The position numbers and the translations under genes were made by a program. A stretch of 64,000 bases of DNA from Azolla caroliniana (lineage: Eukaryota; Plantae; Polypodiophyta): positions 15,810,001 through 15,874,000 of the forward strand of contig JBHGNT010000007.1 of the NCBI GenBank assembly GCA_043228905.1, written 5' to 3'. Below are positions 39,151 to 49,511 of the stretch, one piece after another. A model generated the notes under the pieces. It had not been told where the DNA came from. It was given only the letters and a program-made list of their open reading frames with translations, and made no database searches. Each line of letters starts with the position of its first letter. Positions within the stretch are counted from its first letter, which is position 1.

Positions 39151-39475
39151 TGCCATCATTCTATACTCAGTTGCCGCTACTGTCCAGTCTCGGATTGCTT
39201 CCACATTTCGATTTGACGGAGTTCACTCATCCAACGGCAACATTCTACACTCAATTGTCGCCATTGGTCGGTCTTGGATCGCCTCCTCAACTGTTCAATC
39301 CAACGGAGTGAACTCCTCTACTGTTCGGTCTTGGATTGCAATAACTTTTCTGTCTATTGATTATCTTGTGTATTGTTGTGTCTAATCTTGTGTATTGTGG
39401 AATATTTTTGTGTATTGTCGTTGTCCATAGCCATCTTAAATACTTGTTTTTTTTCTGGAAATTTAGGGTTTTAAC

Positions 39476-42400
39476 ATGTCCAGCCAAATGGAAGGGGAAG
39501 AAGGGTGTTTAGAATTACCCCTCAATGATCATAAGGATAGGGATGATGCTATCAGGACACAACAAGCCATACGAAACTATTGGGCAGAAAAAAAGAGGAA
39601 ACATCGTCAATTGTTGAAAGATACGAAAGCCACACTCAGTAAAGGTAAGGATAGTTTAGCTGAGAATGTAAGTAATGCGACTACCATCATAGAGAGAAAG
39701 GTTGTAGACTATTTCAATGTTCAAACCAAGCACATCAGCAATGAAGAAAAGAAGGTAGTACTTTATGGAATATGTAATGATCCATCGATAAAGGACTTAG
39801 TTGATTGTGATGGTCTTAATGCAAACATATCATCTATTTTAGTAAATAATCTTCGTAATAGTTTCGTATCCATGAGCAGGTCAGAAGATGATCTTGTCTT
39901 AAAAGGGTCTAGTCTAATGATGTTACTTAATAGTGACGTTGATGATATAAACATCAGTGAGCTATCTAAGGTAATTGGTGTTAGTAGAAAAACAGTGTAC
40001 AATACAATGAACCGTATAATTTCCTCGGGTGAAGGAACTAGTCTACTAAAGCTAACTACAAGATGTAAGCCAATGACACCCATAACATTTGAAATCAAGG
40101 ATGTAATCACAATGTTTTTGACCTAATGAGAGTAAGGTTTCACCCAATAAAAAGGATTTATGCAGGAACCGTGTTGGAAGAAATCAATACGAGGAGCATC
40201 CCATTCATCTTCTTGATGTACCTCAGGTATTTACATTTATCTCAACATTTGTTTTGACTCTACACGGAAAGTTAATTAGCTCAGTTAGCAGAAAAGCTAA
40301 TTAGCTTATCAGTTACATTTACCTCAATTAGCTACTAGGATAGCTACTACATAGGTAACTGGCTACTCTCAATAGCTACTACCATGATAGCTAATTAGCT
40401 ATTCTCAATAGTTAATTTAGGTACTACCAGATAATTAGCTGTACTGGTAGCTAGTTAGCTATCATGGTAGCTAGTTAGCTATTTCTTTATTACCAGCTAA
40501 TTAGCTACTAGGAAAGCTAATTAGCTACCATGATAGCTAATTAGTTACTAGGACAGCTAATTAGCCACCATGATAGCTAATTAGCTACTAGACCCGCTAA
40601 TTAGCTATTATGATAGCTAATTAGCTACTGGACCAACTAATTAGCTACTAGACCAGCTAATTAGCTACCATGATAGCTAATTAGTTACTAGGAAAGCTAA
40701 TTAGCTACTAGACCAGCTAATTAGCTACCATGATAGCTAATTACCTACTAGAATAGCTAATTAGCTACTAGGACAGCTAATTAGCTACCATGATAGCTAA
40801 TTACCTACTAGAATAGCTAATAAGCTACTAGGATAGCTAATTAGCTACTAGAATAGCTAATTAGCTACTAGGATAGTTAGCTAGTTACGAGAATAACTAA
40901 TTCCCCTTTATTACGCAGGTCGATTTATTTATTAGGTTCAAATGAATGCATCCAACTATCAAAGTTCAACTACGAAAATTCGAGTCTCTTAAGCCACACT
41001 TTGTGAGACACTTAAAGGATCGATACACATGTTGCATTTACCATGTACATATGGGTTTTTTGAAGGACTCTGTTAATCTACGTCACCATAGCGCATCCCT
41101 AACTAATACAGTTTGCACAAGTGGGTGCCCAATCTGTCGATCAAGCCCGCAAGAGGAGTGTAAATCATCTGAGCACGTTATCTCTTCCATGAGTTATTTA
41201 TTAGATTCAATATTGTGTCCGAGAGAAACTGACGCTATCTTCCATATTCATAAATGTGTCATGGGTTTATGTCAAGATTGTGGCCCTACTAGATTTAGTT
41301 GGTGTCCAAATGAATTGAGTAGTGAAATATTGATCTCTGTGAAGTTCTTTGAGTCAGTGAACACCAATTTCGAAGGAAAGGTGTGTAAAAGAAAGGATCT
41401 AGTTCGGAAGATGCTTAAACCAAGGGATTTGGTGTCTCTGTTTGTAGTATCTCTAGGAAAGTTCATTAAACACAACTTCATTTATTCATGGCAGGCCCAT
41501 CAGTTTAAGACTTGCATATCTGATTTCCCAAATGATGTAGTAGTCTCAGTAGTAGATTTCGCAGAGAATTATACTTTCAAGTAGCAGAATGAAATTCAAT
41601 CTATGCATTGGTGTTCAGTTCAGGTAACCATTTTTGTGCACATAACATATTTTCGAGTTTCAGGTGATGTTAAAAAAGTAATTCATTTCTTTATTTCCGA
41701 TGATAAGAAGCATGATACCTTGTTCGTCGAACACTGTTTTAAGTTACATTGGCAGTGGTTATTAGCTCAATGTTTGGAGCTTACTCAACATTGGGTCTGG
41801 TCTGACGGAGCTGCGTCACAATTCAAGGCTCGATGTCCATTTTATTTTGTGGGGAGGTATCCTACCATAACAGGTTTGGAGATGAGATGGAAATTTTTTG
41901 GGTCTGGCCATGGTAAAGGTGAACATGATGGTGCAGGGGCTGTTATAAAGCGGGCACTTACCCATGAACAACTAAAGACAGATGGTGTGCACATGAATTG
42001 TGCATCACATGTAGTTGAATTTTTAAGAACAAATATATCAACGAGTGCCACAGGTGTTTACTCCTCGCAAGTCCGAGATATCAAACGTGAATTTTGGGAA
42101 GTGAAGATAGATGAAGTAAATAGGGAGAAGACCTGGGAGTGCCAAGGAATTCCCGAATTGCGATCTCTGCATGCTATTCGCGGTTATTCCAGGTTGGATG
42201 GTCATTGTATTGCGGTTAGAGAATTGACTTGTTTTTGCTTCCATTGTGTGCAGGGAAATTGGAGATATTGTCTAAAAAAAGCATACATTCAGAATTGGGA
42301 GTATCACACTCTGAATGATAAGGAAGCAGTTGATAGAGAAACAGGGCAGAATGCTGACTTCACATATGAGGGACTTGGAGATACTTTGAGTGATGTCCTG

Positions 42401-42754
42401 AACGTTGGGGATAACTTCGATGTAAATGTTGAAGAAGGCAATTCAGAGGGTGTTGATTTCTATATATTAAAGTGCACGGTTAGTAAACAGTGTGCAAGGC
42501 AGAATATTGTAGATACATGGGGAAATTTTGTATCTGCCGGGACATTCTACATCGAAGGCATTTTTTATGCAAAACTAGATGACTACGAATATGTGTACAG
42601 GCTGTTAGAAGACAAACCAGCGGCGTACATGTACTCTCATTTGGTCAGGTGCATCAACGTCCCAATGTCAGAATACAATAGCTGCTCAGGTTTATACACT
42701 GTTGGTGCTAATGTGTATGAATGTATTTACAATAGTATGCCATGGAATTTGTAG
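39476..42754 (+). pseudogene. Sola2-like DDD transposase; exons 39476-40226 and 40919-42754; frameshift ~40120, stops at 40943 and 41582
   Basis: CAG|GT...GCAG|G intron; Cys-rich region; VDFAENYTFK*QNEIQSMHW..QVT; catalytic triad motifs; C-terminal CFCFHC. Confidence 0.9.
40270..40890. repeat. Intronic array of palindrome TAGCTAATTAGCTA (~20-bp period)
   Basis: Directly visible, lies within intron 40227-40918. Confidence 0.95.
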
Positions 42755-43102
42755 CTACAAGTAACACTTACCATGTTCTCTTGTAAAACAAACATGTATT
42801 TCGCGAAAACAGTTAAATAAATTCGTTTGAGAATCAATTTCTTGTATACAGTTTGCTTTCTGTGCTTCTTTCTCAATAAAATCATGTCTTTTTTGTTAAG
42901 TTTTAAGTTATAAGTTATAACGAAATAGTCATCAGTAGCTAATTAGTTGTACAAATGCAGCTAATTAGCTGTCAATAGCTAAATAGTCATCAATAGCATG
43001 AAATCAACAATCTGCAACATATTCCTCAAATTACACAGTAGATAAGTACAGTGGGAACAAGTAATTAAATTCTTCATTGAATAATGTCATCTCTTTACAT
43101 AT

Positions 43103-44146
43103 TTATAAATTACCATTGGAAATGTCTACAAATCTCCTATAAACAGCTAAGCTCTTGCTAGTTAGTGGAACGAGTCTACATATATTATCTGCATATCGAG
43201 CTTGGTATGGAGTCCACAACCATGCACCTAGTTGGCAGCTCACTGTTTGCACCAGGTACTGTTCAGGCATTTCCTCGGGTAGAATGAGACAGCATCTCCG
43301 AATATTGAAGTAGTGCCGGAAATGTTCTGTATCCAAAATCAATGTATTGTCGGCATTATATTCAGGCCAAGTAGCCCAAAAATCAGAAAGTCTCTTGAAT
43401 CCTGCAGCTTCCATTTGCTCACAATTTCCTCGTGCCCATTGACCTTTAAAACGACTTCGCCATTTTGGGAAGAGTCTTGCCAAACACTTCCACACATCTG
43501 ATTTTGGTTTTTCACTCCAAATAAACAAATCAAAGTATTGCACAGCCCACTCTAGAAACTGATTTGCGTCCCTCCTTGGTTGCATATATCTCACACTCAT
43601 CAAGACTTTATCAAGCTCCAAGATCAAGGCTCTTCTTTCGACTTCTAGTGGTTTAGGTTTCCATTCCTGAAACTGAGCCGCTATTACACCATTTTCTGGT
43701 AGGATACGATCAATCTTAATCAGCTCAGGTTCGGCCGACACAACTGGCATCCTTTTCCTCTTCAAACCCCTAGTCGACTGTGTTGGGCCTGGCTTCACAT
43801 TCTGGTGCTCTTGTTTTGTCGACTTAGTTATCAATCCTTGGATTACCTCGGTGCATGTAGCTACTGATCTGCTCGATATCAGTCCACTGGTATCACATGC
43901 TGCATCTACCTGCAACACCAAGTCACCCGTGCAACATGCTTGATCAACTTGTGTGACCAGATCACTTGTATCAGTTGCTACATCTACTTTCAAGATGGGG
44001 CCCTTTAAACATGCCGCAACATCAACAGTATCCACACTGCCATTGGCCTTACGAGCAATAGAATCAAACCCTTTAGACTCTACAACATCAGAAAACACCA
44101 ACATATTCACACTCACAAAGTAACTAACAGTCTCACAAACAACATC
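43103..44146 (-). CDS. FCP1/NIF-like (HAD superfamily) CTD-phosphatase-domain protein with degenerate catalytic motif; possible 27-nt first exon 44287-44261
   Basis: RALILELDKVL..PRRDANQFLEWAVQYFDLFIWS..W...C..FKRLSDFW..PEYNADNTLILD..N....ILP follows the NIF/FCP1 motif order; open frame; acceptor ttcag at 44147. Confidence 0.75.
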   Translation of the reverse strand, partial: DVVCETVSYFVSVNMLVFSDVVESKGFDSIARKANGSVDTVDVAACLKGPILKVDVATDTSDLVTQVDQACCTGDLVLQVDAACDTSGLISSRSVATCTEVIQGLITKSTKQEHQNVKPGPTQSTRGLKRKRMPVVSAEPELIKIDRILPENGVIAAQFQEWKPKPLEVERRALILELDKVLMSVRYMQPRRDANQFLEWAVQYFDLFIWSEKPKSDVWKCLARLFPKWRSRFKGQWARGNCEQMEAAGFKRLSDFWATWPEYNADNTLILDTEHFRHYFNIRRCCLILPEEMPEQYLVQTVSCQLGAWLWTPYQARYADNICRLVPLTSKSLAVYRRFVDISNGNL

Positions 44147-44327
44147 CTGAACATCAAAGAGTTTCAGTCATAGAACAACACTCTTCAAATTATCTTGGAA
44201 AAACATCATAGAGTTCCATTACATAATGTGGATCAAGCAACAACCAATCTGAGGTTTTACTTGTCCAACAGGATAGTAAAACTTCATAAAACCCTAGCAA
44301 AATCCCTAAGCTAACAATCATATCCAA

Positions 44328-47300
44328 CTAAATAGTATTTCGCTCCACTACGTCTGGGCCCCTTGACCGAGTAACTGCTCTTGTTCCCGATTGTGGCCCC
44401 TTCTTCAGCCTTTTTTTGGTCGGTTTCCCTTTTAGCCTTGCTTCTTTCACCCAATGCGCAAGTGTGTCCTCCTCCGACAACCTTCCCATCACCTCAGCAG
44501 CTAATTGCACATCAGCCGTTTCTTGAACTAGCTTTTCAAGTATAGAGGGATCTATTTGGACATTTTCAGTAGTTGGGCTCGGTGGGGTGGAATCAAGGTC
44601 TTGAGATTCGAAGAAATGTTGCATCAAGTGTTCATAAACACTGTTGTTGTGAACCTCAGTTTTACATGTTGTTTCCACTATTTCATGGCATTTCACATCG
44701 TTGCCTAATTCAGTACACTGTTCCAAAAGAATAGGGTGGAGCTGATCTGATGGAGATGTGATAGCAGGACTCTTACTTTCAACCACGTTGGCAGTAGTAT
44801 CCTCATCTGTTGCAGTGTCATCAGCACCAGACACATCATGTGCCGTCCTTAATCCACAAGATTCTACAATAACATGGCAGCTATTTAGGATAGCTAATTA
44901 GCTACTTTACTAAACTATGGTAGAAGCTAGGATAGCTAATTAGCTAGTACGATAGCTAATTAGCTAGTATGATAGCTAATTAGCTAGTACGATAGCTAAT
45001 TAGCTACTTTACTCAACTATGGTAGTAGCTATGGTAGCTAATTAGCTACTTTACTCAACTATGGTAGTAGCTAGGATAGCTAATTAATTAGCTACTTTAC
45101 TCAACTATGGTAGTAGCTAGGATAGCTAATTAATTAGCTACTTTACTCAACTATGGTAGTAGCTAGGATAGCTAATTAGCTACTTTACTCAACGATGGTA
45201 GTAGCTAGGATAGCTAATTAGCTACTTTACTCAACTATGGTAGTAGCTAGGATAGCTAATTAGCTACTTTACTCAACTATGGTAGTAGCTAGGATAGCTA
45301 ATTAGCTACTTTACTAACTCTGGTAGTAGCTAGGATAGCTAGTTAGCTACTTTACTAACTATGGTAGTAGCTAGGATAGCTAATTAGCTACTAGGATAGC
45401 TAATTAGCTACAATGATAGCTAATTAGCTACTTTCTCAACTATGTAGTAGCTAGGATAGCTTATTAGCTACTAGGATAGCTAATTAGCTGCCAGTAGCTA
45501 ATTAGCTACTAGGATAGCTTATTAGCTACTTACACAACTATGGCAGTAGCTAATTCGCTACTATGATAGCTAATTAGCTAGTAGGATAGCTAATTAGCTA
45601 CTAGGATAGCTAATTAGCTAGTAGGATAGATAATTAGTTGCCAGTAGCTAATTAGCTTTTTTACACAACTATTGTACTAGCTAATTAGCTAGTACCATAG
45701 CTAATTAGCTACTAGGATAGCTAATTAGTTGCTAGGAGCTAATTAGCTACTAGGATAGCTTATTAGCTACTTTACACAACTATGGCAGTAGCTAATTAGC
45801 TAGTAGGATAGCTAATTAGCTACTAGGATAGCTAATTAGTTGCCCGTAGCTAATTAGCTAGTAGCATAGCTAATTAGCTTTTTTACACAACTATGGTACT
45901 AGCTAATTAGCTAGTACCATAGCTAATTAGGTACTAAGATAGCTAATTAGCTGCCAGTAGCTAATTAGCTAGTAGGATAGCTAATTAGAAAAGACTAAGC
46001 TTATTAGCTACAGTATGGTATACCTGTTAGTTTTCTCCACTCATTTGGTAGAGCTGTACTGCAATCTCCCAAACAGAATGCAGCAATTCGACAGGCATGC
46101 TCAAAACAAAGCAGATGGTATGTGTGGTTGCATGGTTGTAGGTGAACCAACAAAGACGCAATTTTGTCCTCCACACCCAACCCGCAAGCGATGCAACGTG
46201 CTTGAACTGTCAATAAATCATTTTCTGGTTCTGCTTCATTTGGTAAGGGAGCAAGAATGTTCAGGTCCAAATCCTGTTTGGTCCTTACCATTTCCTCCAC
46301 AAAATGTAGCTGCTTCTTAAGGCAGCTAACTCCCTGTTCTTGATGAATGTATTGTTCCTTCAACGCAACAGAAAAATTTACCGATTAATTATTCCTGTTG
46401 TTGAAAGATACACCAACTTTGGTCAGGAATCGTTAACTTACTTGAAGCTTATCCAAATTGTAATTTGTAACAGTATTTACACCTAGAAGGTCCAGGTTCA
46501 TTGAAAGAACCTGGATCTCTATTTCCAGTTGTATTTTACGATGGGGATCCAGTGGCCCCTCTAATTCAAGCTCCTATTGTGGAACCTATTCCAGATAATG
46601 CTTGATTAGCACATTTTACCCTTAAAGTTAATCACATACCAGCAAAACAATAGTTACCTGAATCTTATTTCTAATCGTTGTAACAGCGGAAGCAACTTTG
46701 CTCTCCATTGTAGAAGCCATTGTGGCTTTCTCTAAATCAGTCTCAAAAAATGCCAATGTCTCACAGGCTTCATGGAAATTTTTTTGCATATAGCTAACCA
46801 ATGTCTCACCTGTATCATTGACATTGGCTTTCCTTGGGTGTCGGTGTGGTGTATGCCCCTGGTCTTGCTGGGAGTCGGCAGTTGCATCAACAACTGCCAT
46901 GCTCCAAAATCTGTCTATTTTTTGTGCCAAGGTCCCCATCTTTCGGCATCTTTTTACCGATGCCTCACCATAGACTGCCCAAGCTACCCTATACATTTCA
47001 GGGTCTCTAGATTCCTTCGTTGTTTTGCAATACTCATATGCAAATGCTCTAGAAAATGAAACTGACAACTCATTGTTGACTGGGATCTCCTGATGAACTT
47101 TCTGGTGCAGTCTCATGCAGTCATCGTACAAGTCGGCTCGTACATGCTTCAGCTTGACCTTGCCTTTGACTCTAGGCACTGTATATACTGTCATCCAGTC
47201 TACATCACTGATCAATTTATCACTTAGGACAGCAGGGTCAACACCCTCGAGTGACAGACCATTGGTGTTGTGGAAGTCCTCCTTTGTCTTGCAAAATTTT

Positions 47301-48005
47301 GCGAAGTTTAGCACTCTAGTATATGGAGGAACGAGCCATCTGAAATATCATTTCAGAAATCAGAAATAGTGCAAAATCAGAATATGTGAGAATCAGAAAC
47401 CCCAATCAACAACAACAAAAATGGTGCAAAATCTTTAACTTAGCAAATCATAAACCCTAATCATAATTGGTATTCAGAAATTTGAAATCAGAAACCCTAA
47501 TCAAAATCTGTAATCAGAAACCCTAATCAAAATTTGTAATCAGAAGTTTGTAACCAGAAACCTTATTCAGAAATTCTAATCAGAAATTTATAATCAAAAA
47601 CCCTAATCAGAAATTTCAATCAGAAACCCTAATCAGAAATTTCAATCACAAACCCTAATCAGAAATCCTAAACAGAAATTTATAAACAAAAACCCTATTC
47701 AGAAATTCTAATCTGTAATCAAAATTTGTAACCAGAAACCCTATTCAGAAATTCTAATCAGAAATTTATAATAAAAAACCCTAATCAGAAATTTCAATCA
47801 CAAACCCTAATCAGAAATTTCAATCACAAACCCTAATCAGAAATTTCAATCACAAACCCTAATTAGAAATTCTAATCAGAAATTTATAAACAAAAACCCT
47901 AATCAGAAATTTCAATCAGAAACCCCAATCATCACTAAAGACAGGATTAAACACAAAAAAAGTAATATAAACACACCTGTTGCTACTCCCCGATTTGCGA
48001 GACAT
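44328..48005 (-). CDS. Five-exon RING-finger protein, ~570 aa (exons 48005-47977, 47339-46658, 46573-46442, 46357-46024, 44863-44328)
   Basis: All introns GT-AG. Exon lengths 29+682+132+334+536=1713 nt join in frame with no internal stop. RING-like CIAC..PCNHTYHLLC..C..C; acidic tail and basic NLS-like KGKPTKKRLKK. Confidence 0.75.
44878..46010. repeat. Intronic array of TAGCTAATTAGCTA (20-bp units and a 42-bp higher-order unit)
   Basis: Fills predicted intron 44864-46023. Confidence 0.95.
47380..47930. repeat. Intronic tandem repeat (~13/26-bp units) containing telo-box AAACCCTAA
   Basis: cagaaaccctaatcagaaatttcaat repeated; within predicted intron 47340-47976. Confidence 0.9.
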
Positions 48006-48650
48006 CCTTGTATGGGACTCCAAGGACTTCGCCCTATTCGATTTTGGGGAAATATGAATCGACACCAAAGTTCAGACAGTAGTCAAAAAGAAAAAACAAA
48101 TGTTTGGGGTTTCTGTAACTGAAACATACCTGGACGATGATCGAGCGGGTTCTGTGTTGTAGCTCTCAATCTACAATGTCGATTTTTTGCTGTTGCGAGA
48201 GCTACGTCTGCGTTCGTGCTCTGAGTACTCCATCTGCGTTCAAAATCAGACTTAGGCTAAACAGGAAATTGATGACATTGAAGTCGACCTTAGATGATGG
48301 TGTTATTCCCCAAGTTCCACTACGTCTGAAACAGAAGTTCAAATATTTGAGTTTTTTCATAAATTAGTTTTTCAAATATTTGATTTTCCCACAAAAAAGA
48401 CTAGCTAAACAAATAGCTAATTAGCTATGGCCATTTTAGTAGCTAATTAGCTATAATAGTGTTTCCACTCGCATGCTTTTACCTAGGAGCAATCGAACGA
48501 AGATCGCGGTGATGCGGAAAGTGAAGAGAGTGGATTAGAACTCATAGTCGACTTAAGGGGAGAATCGGAGGAAGCTTCGGATGAAGGTGAATAGCAAGCA
48601 TCGGGGACATCGGCACATACCGGAGGATGTGCAGGTTAGGAGGGGGCGAG

Positions 48651-49511
48651 TGTCGTAGTGTAATTCACACACTACGTGAAAAATTACATTTTTTGTCTCT
48701 CCGGATAGGGCATGGAGTACCCGGTGAGAACCGGAAGAAGGAACCGGTAAGGAGACCCGTCAAAGAGCCGGATGAAGAAGTCCGGTGAGAGTCGGTGAGA
48801 AACGGACGAAGAGATCAGTAAGGAGTTCCCGGCAAGAACCGGACAAAGAAAACTAGCAAGCACCGGATGAAGCAGAACCGGAAAGATCCGGATGAAGAGA
48901 CATATTTGTAAATAGAAGAAAGTATAAAAATATATATTACATGCATAGGGCAAGATTCGAACCTTGCACCTCCATGTTAATAATTTTAAGCCTTATCATT
49001 ATACTAGCGTATTATGAATTTTAAAGTTATACTAAACTTTATCCCATGTAAAATTTCTAGACATGCATGGTACAAAAAGTTATTCATGCATAGACACTCG
49101 AATAAAAAGAAAAGATGAGATAGAAAGCTAATCATGCACATGTAGTGTGCATGAAAACTAAAAATAGGAAAAGCATGATGCTTGCATGTAATAAACTTAG
49201 ACTCTTCCAACACTATATAAGGAAGAGAGAAATATGTATAGAGGTTGTTGATTATTTTCCAAGGATTTTGATCAATCTAATATATTCGTGGGATTCACGA
49301 TTTTTTTCCATCTATTTCTCTCTTACATTCTAAGTATCAATTAATACACTATACTCGTGGGATTCACGAGTTTCTTTTCTTCTTTCAAATATTTCTCTTT
49401 CTTGCAATCAATTCATAAGGAGCCTTATCTCATATTCTTCTTTCTCCTAGTCCAAAACCTCAGCGGTTCCCACCCGACTCACACAACGATCCGGAGCCGA
49501 AAGGCACGACA
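48651..49511 (+). repeat. Gypsy 3' LTR
   Basis: Matches 31729-32636; preceded by PPT. Confidence 0.95.

Larger units (their letters stand above)
38067..48484 (+). mobile_element. Complete Sola2-like DNA transposon (~10.4 kb) with cargo genes
   Basis: TIRs gggtgaaagcatgcgagtggaaac (38067-38090) and gtttccactcgcatgcttttacct (48461-48484), 22/24 match. TSD AGGA (38063-38066, 48485-48488). Transposase motifs DFAENY, SDD..HD, WSDGAASQFK, GHGKGEHDGAG. Confidence 0.9.
31729..49511 (+). mobile_element. Full-length but mutated non-chromovirus Ty3/Gypsy (Phygy/Selgy-type by inference), tRNA-Trp PBS, 4-bp TSD CCGA; contains the Sola2 insertion
   Basis: LTRs 31729-32636 and 48651-49511 (tgtcgtag...cacgaca); CCGA at 31725-31728 and 49512-49515; PPT aggagggggcgag directly before 48651. 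Confidence 0.95.

Noticed and set aside
47380-47930. Interstitial telomere tract
   Set aside because: No contiguous (TTTAGGG)n; single telo-boxes are embedded in a longer unit
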